DNA from: Candidatus Aenigmatarchaeota archaeon
GTDB taxonomy: Archaea > Aenigmatarchaeota > Aenigmatarchaeia > QMZP01 > QMZT01
Direction of reading: 5' to 3'
Length of the DNA: 64,000 nt
Assembly: GCA_016932735.1 (NCBI GenBank)
Contig: JAFGCI010000004.1
Location: 124,711-188,710, forward strand
Of the stretch, positions 8,031 to 16,982 are shown piece by piece. A program made the position numbers and the translations under genes. Below the pieces are notes generated by a model, which was given only the letters and a program-made list of their open reading frames with translations, ran no database searches and was not told the origin of the DNA. The stretch's first letter is position 1. Each line of letters begins with the position of its first letter.

Positions 8031-10661
8031 ATGAAAAAATATGTATACCTTTTTGACGAGACAAAGGCAAGTGATGAAACAGTTATACTTCTTGGTAACA
8101 AAGGAGCTCAATTAGCTGAGATGACAAGTATAGGTCTTCCGGTCCCACCGGGTTTCACGATTACAACAGAGGCTTGTAACGAATTTTATAAAAACGATAA
8201 GAATTGGCCAGGTAATCTGAAAGAGCAGGTGCAAGAACAGCTTGCAAAAGTTGAGAAAAAAATGGGAAAGAAATTTGGTGATAGCGAAAATCCATTATTA
8301 TTCTCTGTAAGAAGCGGTTCTTATGTATCGATGCCCGGAATGATGGATACAGTTCTTAATCTGGGTTTAAACGATCAGACGGTAAAAGGACTAGCAAAGC
8401 AATCTGGAAACGAGAGGGGTGCATATGATTCTTACAGAAGATTCCTTCAAATGTTCGGTGATGTAGTTCTTGGTGTAGAACACTCGAAATTTGAAGGCGC
8501 ACTTTCGACACTTAAAGAAACGAGAGGAGTGGAATTTGATACTGATTTATCAGCAGACGATTTGAAAGAACTCATTGAAACTTATAAAGAGATTATAAAA
8601 AAAGAAACTGGAGATTTCCCAAACAGTCCTGAAGAGCAACTTGAATTATCAATAAACGCTGTTTTTGAGTCCTGGAATACCGACAGAGCTGTTTCATACA
8701 GAAGGATAAACAGTCTAAGATCCGATGCAGGAACAGGTGTAAATGTTCAGGTAATGGTCTTTGGGAACTTTGGAAATGATTGTGGAACAGGAGTAGGTTT
8801 CACAAGAAACCCAGCAACAGGAAAGAAAGAGCATTATGGTGAATACCTGATAAACGCCCAGGGTGAAGATGTTGTTGCAGGTCTTCGAACTCCACAACCC
8901 ATTGATACTCTGAAGAAAGTGATGCCAGAAGCATACGAAGAATTAGTTAAAATTTATGACAAGCTCGAGAAGCATTACAAAGATATGCAGGATTTTGAAT
9001 TCACAATAGAAAAAGAAAAACTTTACATGCTCCAAACAAGGAAAGGAAAAAGAACGGCTCCTGCAGCTCTTAAAATTGCTGTTGATATGTTTAATGAAGG
9101 ATTAATTGATAAAAAAACAGCAGTTATGAGAATAGATCCAAACTCGCTCAACCAATTACTTCATAAAAGACTGGATACGATAGCAAAGGAAAAAATGATT
9201 GAGGAGGGAGCTCTTCTTGCAAAAGGTCTTCCGGCTTCGCCCGGAGCTGCTGTGGGAACTGTTGTATTCACGGCAGAAAAAGCGGTAGAACTTGCAGAAA
9301 AGGGAGATAAAGTAGTTCTTGTAAGAATGGAAACCTCTCCTGAAGATATAGAAGGTATGCACGTAGCACAGGGTATTCTTACAGCCAGAGGCGGTATGAC
9401 ATCTCATGCAGCTGTTGTTGCAAGAGGCATGGGCACATGCTGTGTTGCAGGTTGCGCTGATATCTCAGTTAACGAGGAAGAAGGATTCTTCAAAGCAGGC
9501 GGCATAACTATAAAAGAAGGTGAATATATAACACTTGACGGAAGCACAGGAGAAGTCATGAAAGGACAGATACCTACAGTGGAACCTGATATAAGCGGCG
9601 ATTTCGGGAAGCTAATGTCATGGGCAGACGAATTCAGGAAACTGTCCGTAAAAACAAATGCAGATACACCGAAAGATGCACAGAAGGCAAAGGATTTCGG
9701 GGCAGAAGGAATAGGCCTCTGCAGAACTGAGCATATGTTCTTTGAAGGAGACAGGATAAAGGCTGTCAGAGAGATGATTCTGGCAAAGACAGAGGAAGGG
9801 CGTCATAAAGCACTTGCAAAATTAGAGCCTTATCAGCAGGAGGACTTTGAAGGCCTCTTCAGGGTTATGGACGGACTTCCTGTCATCATCAGACTTCTGG
9901 ATCCGCCACTTCACGAATTTCTTCCAAAAGAAGCCGAAGATATTGAAGCCCTTTCAAAAGAAATGGAAATTTCAGTACAGGAAATTAAAGACCTTATAGA
10001 AGACCTCCATGAATTCAACCCGATGCTTGGCTTCAGAGGATGCAGACTTGGTGTCCAGTATCCCGAAATAAATGCAATGCAGACACGTGCTATCCTGAAA
10101 GCGGCAATAAAAGTCAAAGGCGAGGGCAAGAACCCGATGCCATGGATAGAAATTCCTTTAGTCGGCCATGTAAAGGAAGTCGAGCTAATCAAGGGAATAA
10201 TCGAGAAAGAAGCCGAGATGCTTGGCGCAAAAGGAAAGATAAAGTACAAGATAGGAACAATGATTGAAGTCCCCAGAGCCGCAATAACAGCAGATGAAAT
10301 AGCGGATAAGGTGGAATTCATGTCTTTCGGAACCAACGACCTCACGCAAATGGGCTGCGGGTTCTCCAGAGACGATTCCGGTAAATTCCTGAAAAAATAT
10401 GTTGAATACGGTATATATGAGAAAGACCCGTTCCAGTCAATCGACCAGGAAGGAATCGGAAAACTCATGAAAATCTGCATCGAACATTCGAGAAAAAAGA
10501 ACCCGAAAATCCATATTGGAATCTGTGGAGAGCACGGAGGCGAGCCCGAATCGGTGAAATTCTGTCATAAATCAGGGCTTAACGAGGTAAGTTGTTCGCC
10601 ATTCAGGGTTCCGATAGCAAGGCTTGCGGCCGCGCAGGCGGCAATAGAGGATAAAAAATAA
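8031..10661 (+). CDS. ppdK: Pyruvate, phosphate dikinase
   Basis: LGNKGAQLAEM, SVRSG, GGMTSHAAVVARG (phospho-His), GLCRTEHMF, GTNDLTQM, GICGEHGG; SD-like GGAGGAG upstream. Confidence 0.98.
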   Translation: MKKYVYLFDETKASDETVILLGNKGAQLAEMTSIGLPVPPGFTITTEACNEFYKNDKNWPGNLKEQVQEQLAKVEKKMGKKFGDSENPLLFSVRSGSYVSMPGMMDTVLNLGLNDQTVKGLAKQSGNERGAYDSYRRFLQMFGDVVLGVEHSKFEGALSTLKETRGVEFDTDLSADDLKELIETYKEIIKKETGDFPNSPEEQLELSINAVFESWNTDRAVSYRRINSLRSDAGTGVNVQVMVFGNFGNDCGTGVGFTRNPATGKKEHYGEYLINAQGEDVVAGLRTPQPIDTLKKVMPEAYEELVKIYDKLEKHYKDMQDFEFTIEKEKLYMLQTRKGKRTAPAALKIAVDMFNEGLIDKKTAVMRIDPNSLNQLLHKRLDTIAKEKMIEEGALLAKGLPASPGAAVGTVVFTAEKAVELAEKGDKVVLVRMETSPEDIEGMHVAQGILTARGGMTSHAAVVARGMGTCCVAGCADISVNEEEGFFKAGGITIKEGEYITLDGSTGEVMKGQIPTVEPDISGDFGKLMSWADEFRKLSVKTNADTPKDAQKAKDFGAEGIGLCRTEHMFFEGDRIKAVREMILAKTEEGRHKALAKLEPYQQEDFEGLFRVMDGLPVIIRLLDPPLHEFLPKEAEDIEALSKEMEISVQEIKDLIEDLHEFNPMLGFRGCRLGVQYPEINAMQTRAILKAAIKVKGEGKNPMPWIEIPLVGHVKEVELIKGIIEKEAEMLGAKGKIKYKIGTMIEVPRAAITADEIADKVEFMSFGTNDLTQMGCGFSRDDSGKFLKKYVEYGIYEKDPFQSIDQEGIGKLMKICIEHSRKKNPKIHIGICGEHGGEPESVKFCHKSGLNEVSCSPFRVPIARLAAAQAAIEDKK

Positions 10662-10685
10662 CTCCTTACTTTTTCTTTTAATTAA
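10662..10685 (+). terminator. Oligo-T archaeal terminator after ppdK
   Basis: CTCCTTACTTTTTCTTTT directly after the stop; near-identical to CTCTTACTTTTTT after the stop at 25070. Confidence 0.5.
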
Positions 10686-10746
10686 ATTCATTTGTTGGAC
10701 GGAAAAGTATAAAATGCACAGATTCATCTATAAATCAGGTAATAAT

Positions 10747-11289
10747 ATGGTTAAGGTAAGAGAGGTCATGAAGAAACACGTCATAACAGCGGACCTCGAT
10801 ACAAACATGTATGTAATATCAAAAACAATGACAAACAACAGGATAGGATCTGTCATTTTTCTGAGAGACGGCAGTCCAGTTGACATTGTAACTACAGACG
10901 ATATAGTAAGCATGGTCGCCTCCGGAAGGGACCCAAAAAAGACAAAAATAAAGGATATAAGAAAAAAGAGAAAGGAATTGATAACAGTCTCTCCGGAAGA
11001 TAATATACTTGCAATTGCCAAGAAAATGATAAAACTTGGTGTGAAAAGATTCCCCGTCGTTGAAAAGAGAAAACTTGTCGGAATTATTTCTGAGAAAGAA
11101 ATTCTAATTGTTTCTCCTGAACTTATAGAAATCCTCTCTGAAAAACTAAAAGAAAAAGTGGAATCCGTTCCGGATTTTGACAGCACGGAAATGTCGGGCT
11201 TATGCGAATTCTGCGAGCAGTATTCTGACGAACTGCAGAACATTAACGGAAGGTGGATTTGTCCTGAATGCAGGAACGGGAATAATTAA
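10747..11289 (+). CDS. CBS-pair protein with C-terminal Zn ribbon
   Basis: Two CBS repeats (RIGSVIF...IVTTDDI; VKRFPVV...VGIISEKEI) and CEFC...WICPEC. Confidence 0.88.
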   Translation: MVKVREVMKKHVITADLDTNMYVISKTMTNNRIGSVIFLRDGSPVDIVTTDDIVSMVASGRDPKKTKIKDIRKKRKELITVSPEDNILAIAKKMIKLGVKRFPVVEKRKLVGIISEKEILIVSPELIEILSEKLKEKVESVPDFDSTEMSGLCEFCEQYSDELQNINGRWICPECRNGNN

Positions 11290-11315
11290 TAAAGAAGTCT
11301 AATTAATTGTTAAAA

Positions 11316-14015
11316 ATGTCGAAGCCGTTGATTTTATCTGCATTTATTATATTTTTCCTATTAAACCTTAATCCGGTTTCCTCATCAAATTATACCGTTT
11401 CATGTCCTTCTTATTTCAGTGAAGGGAATCCTCAGATAATATCAGTGAACGTGACTGACATAGAGGCCGATTTCGAAGGCGCCCTGACAGTCTTTCTGGA
11501 AGTTAATGGAACTGATTACGGGCTTATATTCGATGAAAATGAATGGAAGGATTTTTTAAAATATCCAATTCTAATGGAAGGGCAAAGCGATTCAGGAATC
11601 TATTCAGATATTATTTTCAAAGCTAACAGCCTCCCTGAAAATTTCACCGGCGGATTTCTGAAGATAGTTATGAAGAACGAAAATGGCTCCGAGACGGAAA
11701 TATACAATAATAATGTCACAATTTTCAAAGAGATTGATGGCAGTTATCTGGAATTTTTCTACGAAACGGGGAACAGAAGTTTCATAGAAATCAGAGACGT
11801 TTCTGGCATCAGACACAGATATAATCCGGAACAACATGAAAAGAAAAACACAAAAAATGATATTTATTATAAATTTCCTTTATTCGGGGGGAGTGATATC
11901 ATCGTTTTTTATTTCTGTCATGGCATAATTCTGAATAGCAGTTTTAATGTTTCTAATAATGAAACCGTTAGAATAGGCAATATTTTTGACATGAAAATTG
12001 AATCAATCATTGACGAAAAAATATTTCCGAAAATTAAATATGATAATATCTTTAAAATAACCAACAATGACCACAGGACCGGAGAAAGGGAAAATATAGA
12101 AGTTCTTGTTTCGTATTCAGTAAGAGACCTGAACAGCGGCGGAATGCAATATTTTAATTTCACAAAAGATGGTATAAATTCATATTCTTCAACGGGAACC
12201 GGTGAACTGACTCTGGATAAAGGGGAATATGAAATCTGCGGCGATATAGAAAGTATAAAATCAAACGACTTAAAGGCTGTTGACCCATTTCTGGAAAATA
12301 ATATCGCCTGCAGAAACATTACAGTAAAATTTGATAAAATTAACGCTTCCTGCAACCCCTCTATATATTTGAATCTGGAGCCAAAATATAGGGAAAAGAA
12401 GAATGATATTTTAATTACAATAGTCAACTTCTCCGAAGGTGAATATTTAATAAAAATTATTTCGAAAAATATTTTTTCAAATAATTCCGAAGAAAAATAT
12501 TTTCTGGCTTCAGAAAATGAAACCATTTTTGAGATAGATTTTCCCGACTATGCTATTTTTGATGTTTCCGCAGAAATTCTAGAATCAAGTTGTTCAAACA
12601 CAAATTTATCTGATAATTCGATTTCAAAACAAACAGCAGTTATAGAAGATGAAGATTTCGGCATAGAGACATATACCGAAAACATGACATATGAAATCGG
12701 AGACATTTTATATTTTCCTGTTTTCATCTACAACGGACTTAGTGTTGTAAATGAACTGGAAATTGAGACATCCATCAAAAGATATATGGGAGATGAATGG
12801 GAGGAAATCGATATATTAAATTTAACAACAATAACTCTGGAACGGTTTGATTACTCGTGGTCTTTCTATGAATTTCCGGTTGGAAATGAAAGCATCTCAG
12901 GTTATTATAAAATTCAGGCGAGGGCAGAAATAAACGGAACCTTCCGTTACTCCTATTCATATTTCAACATAAACGGAATACCTGATATGGGCGAAGAAAA
13001 TCTTTCAATATTAATCAATCCCGATTCTCTCAGGTTTGGCGATATAGAGTCCGTTCTGATTGATTTCTATTCCGGCAACCGGCACGACATTGAACCTGTT
13101 TTTGTTGTCTACATAAACAAATTCATAGACGAGGACAAAACCAAATACGCCGCTGTCGATTTCGATCTCTCTTCTCTGCAATCCAAAATATACGAATCGA
13201 TGGCATCCGTTAAAATGAAAATAGAGAGAGGAAAACATTATTTTATAGCTCTCCCGCTTTTCGTAAATCCTAATTGTGATGATAATTATAGACAGGGCTA
13301 TTACAGGGGAGTTGTGAGAGCATATCTATCCGAAAACAGGAACAAATACGAATCAATCGATTTTGTAATAGAGCTAAAGGAAGGCAGCGGGAAACTGTGC
13401 CCGAAATCTTCATCAAAATCCTCGGCTCCTGCTTCTGTTATTCTTGAAGTCCCCGAACAGGTTAAAAAAGATATAAAATATCCTGGAATCGTTCATCCGG
13501 GAGAAGAATTCGAGGTAGAGGTTGATTTAAAAAATACGAATTCCTTTAAGCAGACCGTGGAGATTTATTCATATGTTTATGAAGGCAGCAAACTCCTTTC
13601 CTACGGATTATCTGAAGACGGCTGGGGAAAGGCATGGACATCAAATAAGATCACAGCTGAAATCCCTCAGGGGAGCGGGAAAACGGTTAAGCTGAAAAAC
13701 ATGATAAAGGAAGAAACCGCTCCGGGAAAATACAATCTGCGTGTAAGAAAGCTAATAAATGGTAAGAAAGAGGATATTGACGGAGAAATAACCGTAGTCG
13801 AAAAAGAGGAGGAAGAGTTAGAGAATCAGGATTTTGGTAACGAAACCGACAAAAAACCGGACATAAAGGCTTTGGATGAAATTAATAATCAATCCCATTT
13901 AAATTTAAAAGAAGAACCAGAATATAATGGAATACCTACAGGAGCAATTGTAGGAAGGCAATTCGATGTCAAGATAATAAATATAATAATTGTGCTCCTT
14001 AGGTTGTTTATCTGA
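11316..14015 (+). CDS. Large secreted, membrane-anchored surface protein with Ig/CARDB-like domains
   Basis: N-terminal signal peptide, many N-X-S/T sequons, NNIAC.NITV and NLSDNS CARDB-like ends, acidic linker, PTGAIVG followed by a hydrophobic C-terminal tail. Confidence 0.65.
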   Translation: MSKPLILSAFIIFFLLNLNPVSSSNYTVSCPSYFSEGNPQIISVNVTDIEADFEGALTVFLEVNGTDYGLIFDENEWKDFLKYPILMEGQSDSGIYSDIIFKANSLPENFTGGFLKIVMKNENGSETEIYNNNVTIFKEIDGSYLEFFYETGNRSFIEIRDVSGIRHRYNPEQHEKKNTKNDIYYKFPLFGGSDIIVFYFCHGIILNSSFNVSNNETVRIGNIFDMKIESIIDEKIFPKIKYDNIFKITNNDHRTGERENIEVLVSYSVRDLNSGGMQYFNFTKDGINSYSSTGTGELTLDKGEYEICGDIESIKSNDLKAVDPFLENNIACRNITVKFDKINASCNPSIYLNLEPKYREKKNDILITIVNFSEGEYLIKIISKNIFSNNSEEKYFLASENETIFEIDFPDYAIFDVSAEILESSCSNTNLSDNSISKQTAVIEDEDFGIETYTENMTYEIGDILYFPVFIYNGLSVVNELEIETSIKRYMGDEWEEIDILNLTTITLERFDYSWSFYEFPVGNESISGYYKIQARAEINGTFRYSYSYFNINGIPDMGEENLSILINPDSLRFGDIESVLIDFYSGNRHDIEPVFVVYINKFIDEDKTKYAAVDFDLSSLQSKIYESMASVKMKIERGKHYFIALPLFVNPNCDDNYRQGYYRGVVRAYLSENRNKYESIDFVIELKEGSGKLCPKSSSKSSAPASVILEVPEQVKKDIKYPGIVHPGEEFEVEVDLKNTNSFKQTVEIYSYVYEGSKLLSYGLSEDGWGKAWTSNKITAEIPQGSGKTVKLKNMIKEETAPGKYNLRVRKLINGKKEDIDGEITVVEKEEEELENQDFGNETDKKPDIKALDEINNQSHLNLKEEPEYNGIPTGAIVGRQFDVKIINIIIVLLRLFI

Positions 14016-14016
14016 T

Positions 14017-14191
14017 GGGCCCGTAGCTCAGTTTGGAAGTCACACTATGCAGGAAACCGCGATGACCGACATTAGAGCACTTGCCTCCTAAGCAAGGGGT
14101 CGAGGGTTCAAAAATTGGAACCAGTTGCCTCCGGCAACATGAAACACGAATTGAAGTGTGTTGGTTCGGGTTGAAGTTCCCTCCGGGTCCG
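14017..14191 (+). tRNA. trnR: tRNA-Arg(CCU) with two non-canonical introns (D-loop ~14038-14072; T-loop 59/60, 14113-14177)
   Basis: Acceptor GGGCCCG/CGGGTCC+G, D stem GCTC/GAGC, anticodon stem CTTGC/GCAAG with loop CT-CCT-AA (14087-14089), T stem GAGGG/CCCTC; removing both inserts gives a canonical cloverleaf. Confidence 0.92.
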
Positions 14192-14245
14192 CTATATTTT
14201 CAGGCTCAATAAAGGTTTATATCATTTTAAATACAAATGATACAT

Positions 14246-15004
14246 ATGGGAAGGGTAATAGCTGTTGCTTCTGGAAAGGGCGGAGTCGGAAAGACTACTT
14301 TGGTTTCCAATCTTTCAGCATCACTGGCCCGCTATGGCCAGTCTGTAATAGCAGTCGATGCAAATATAACCACTTCAAATCTGGGCATACATCTTGGAGT
14401 CTCACTTTTTCCTGTAACTCTTCATGATATTCTAGACGGAGTAGCTGATGTTAATGATGCGCTATTCCATCATGAACATGGATTTAGAATAGTCCCGGGA
14501 GACATTTCAATAAGGAAACTGAAAAGCTTCAACAAGCGAACAGTAGGCAATACACTCTACAAGCTTTCAGATAAAGCCGATTTCGTTCTCATAGATACAG
14601 CTGCAGGCCTCGGCAAAGAGGCGACGGAGTTTATCAGGGCGGCCGACGAGCTTATAACCGTTACAAATCCAAACCTTCCGGCTGTAACCGATGCATTGAA
14701 GCTGAATGCAATAGCGAAGAGCCATGACACTGTTCCTATTGGGGTCATAATTAACAGGATAATGAACCATCCATCGGAGATGCCTGCGCATGAGATAAGC
14801 GATTTCCTCAGCCTGCCTATCCTTGGGAAGATACCTGAAGATAAGACGGTTCATAAGTCTGTAGCGGCAAAAACGCCAGTAATAGCATACGCACCCAAAT
14901 CACCTGCCGCACAGCACATGAGGTCAATTGCAGCATATCTTATCGGAGAAGAGTTCATACCGCGAAGATCTCTGGGCCATACATTTTTTGGCTGGATGAA
15001 GTAA
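14246..15004 (+). CDS. minD: MinD-like ATPase
   Basis: Deviant Walker A SGKGGVGKTT, DTAAG, amphipathic C-terminus HTFFGWMK. Confidence 0.88.
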   Translation: MGRVIAVASGKGGVGKTTLVSNLSASLARYGQSVIAVDANITTSNLGIHLGVSLFPVTLHDILDGVADVNDALFHHEHGFRIVPGDISIRKLKSFNKRTVGNTLYKLSDKADFVLIDTAAGLGKEATEFIRAADELITVTNPNLPAVTDALKLNAIAKSHDTVPIGVIINRIMNHPSEMPAHEISDFLSLPILGKIPEDKTVHKSVAAKTPVIAYAPKSPAAQHMRSIAAYLIGEEFIPRRSLGHTFFGWMK

Positions 15005-15066
15005 ATTTCGTTTTTCTACAAAAGAAATTGTATAATACTTAAATATATGTACTTCAACTAACAATC

Positions 15067-15735
15067 ATGAATGAACTTGATATCCTAATTTATCTGGGAA
15101 AGATGGGAGCCTTTTCAAATCCTATACCGGTTACTACATCAAGAATAGGAGCAGATCTGGAAGAATCCCAGCAGAATGTCAGCAGATGGCTAATCAAGAT
15201 GGAAAGGGACGGCCTTATCTATCGCAATGACGGAATAAAGGGATATCTAATACAGATAACACCTGAGGGAGAGAAAACTTTGCAGAGAATTAAGAATGAA
15301 ATAGAAGCCGCCCTTTCAAGAAAGAACAGGATTGTAATGAAAGGAAAACTTGTCACCGGAATCGGCGACGGAAAGTATTATATGTCTCTTCCACAGTATG
15401 CGGGCGGAATCAAAAAAACGTTCGGATTCAATCCATATCCGGGAACAATGAACATGAAGCTTACCGACATGTCCGGCATAAGGCAGAAAGAAAGAATAAC
15501 AGCAAGATGCGGTTTCCGGATTCCCGGATTCGCAGAAGGCAACAGGGTATTCGGAGGCCTGAAATGCTTTCCCTGCAAAATAAACGGAATGGATTGTGTC
15601 CTGACGATACCTGAAAGGAGCCACCACCCATTTGATATAATGGAAATAGTAGCTCCTGTCTCGCTCAGGGAAAAGCTTAAGATAAAAGACGGAGATAACG
15701 TTGAAATAGAGGTAGATCTTAATGAAACTCAATGA
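15067..15735 (+). CDS. ribK: CTP-dependent riboflavin kinase with N-terminal HTH (RbkR type)
   Basis: HTH SQQNVSRWL, then GIGDGKYY, PYPGTMN, PERSHHP, EIVAPVSLREKL. Confidence 0.92.
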   Translation: MNELDILIYLGKMGAFSNPIPVTTSRIGADLEESQQNVSRWLIKMERDGLIYRNDGIKGYLIQITPEGEKTLQRIKNEIEAALSRKNRIVMKGKLVTGIGDGKYYMSLPQYAGGIKKTFGFNPYPGTMNMKLTDMSGIRQKERITARCGFRIPGFAEGNRVFGGLKCFPCKINGMDCVLTIPERSHHPFDIMEIVAPVSLREKLKIKDGDNVEIEVDLNETQ

Positions 15736-16657
15736 TAAACTGACTCCTTTTTTAGGAGCGATTGCTGTCATATTTGCAGCTTCTCTGTGGGGGGTTGACG
15801 GTATAGTACTGACGCCGAATCTTTACCATCTCAATGTCCCCGTTGTTGTCTTCCTTCTCCATTTCGTCGCTTTTCTAATAATGTCAGTTTTCCTGTTCCG
15901 CGAAATACCAAAACTAAAAAATATCAAAAAGAAAGAATGGGTTTCATTCTTCTGGATAGCACTATTTGGCGGAGCTATCGGGACGATGGCAATAACACAG
16001 GCGCTCTTTCTTGTTAATTTCGAGCATTTATCGGCAATCGTGATACTCCAGAAGCTTCAACCTCTTTTTGCAATAACTCTTGCTGCAATACTGCTTAAAG
16101 AGCGCCCGAAAAAAAATTTTTATCTCTGGGCAGCGCTCGCAATTGCCGGGAGCTATTTAATAACATTCGGATTCGCACAGCCGGTATTTGAAGGCAATTT
16201 GCTTTTCACGGCTGCTATTTATTCAGTGCTGGCAGCATTCGCATTCGGCTCATCAACAGTTTTTGGGAAGAAAGTACTCGAGAAAACCGACTTCAAATTA
16301 TCGACCTATGTCAGATTCGGTCTCACATCGCTTATCATGATAATAATCGTCCTCCTCACAGGAAGTCTGGGAGGATTCGCCCAAATTACGATGGATAATA
16401 TGCTGATCATATTTCTGATTGCAATAACGACAGGAGGGACAGCGATATTCATCTATTACTGGGGTCTCAAAAGAATAATGGCATCCAAGGCAACGATATA
16501 CGAACTTGGTTTCCCCGTGACAGCGATAGTGCTCGATTATGCAATCCACGGAAGCTTCATGTCAGCAGGGCAATGGCTCGGAACGATACTTGTAATATTC
16601 TCGATGATAATGATAGTCCGCCTGAGGAAGAATGGCAATAATATTAAGAAAAAATGA
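15722..16657 (+). CDS. EamA/DMT transporter, candidate riboflavin importer (ImpX-like)
   Basis: About 10 TM helices, LWGVDG, LQKLQP; overlaps the ribK stop. Confidence 0.8.
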   Translation: MKLNDKLTPFLGAIAVIFAASLWGVDGIVLTPNLYHLNVPVVVFLLHFVAFLIMSVFLFREIPKLKNIKKKEWVSFFWIALFGGAIGTMAITQALFLVNFEHLSAIVILQKLQPLFAITLAAILLKERPKKNFYLWAALAIAGSYLITFGFAQPVFEGNLLFTAAIYSVLAAFAFGSSTVFGKKVLEKTDFKLSTYVRFGLTSLIMIIIVLLTGSLGGFAQITMDNMLIIFLIAITTGGTAIFIYYWGLKRIMASKATIYELGFPVTAIVLDYAIHGSFMSAGQWLGTILVIFSMIMIVRLRKNGNNIKKK

Positions 16658-16669
16658 CAACTATAAAAC

Positions 16670-16978
16670 ATGAAACTCCTTGAGCATATATTCTGCCGGA
16701 AAAACATCGCAAGGAGGAACTTCATAATATTCAGCATACTTCTGAATGGTATTGGACTTGCAGTTGTCCTTTCGTCTCTCGTCTCCCAGAGAAGCACTTA
16801 TTACCTCATCATTTATCTTGTTTCAGGAGCTACCGGATTATTGATAGAAACAGTCGGAACGCATCTTGGCTGTTGGGAATACTACAACAATGACAAGCTG
16901 CCATGGATAAGCTTCTTCGGATGGGGCTCCGCTGTTGCGATAGTTCTTTTGATAATTAATTTTTTCGGGCTGGTTTAG
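16670..16978 (+). CDS. Small membrane protein (3 TM)
   Basis: Hydrophobic 102 aa with E..GT.LG.WEY motif; follows the transporter. Confidence 0.6.
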   Translation: MKLLEHIFCRKNIARRNFIIFSILLNGIGLAVVLSSLVSQRSTYYLIIYLVSGATGLLIETVGTHLGCWEYYNNDKLPWISFFGWGSAVAIVLLIINFFGLV

Positions 16979-16982
16979 GGAA

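Noticed and set aside
14017-14191. tRNA as an integration site (att duplication)
   Set aside because: No second copy of the tRNA ends was noticed and the downstream genes are housekeeping
14158-14427. 89 aa ORF in the track
   Set aside because: Overlaps the tRNA 3' end and minD out of frame; spurious
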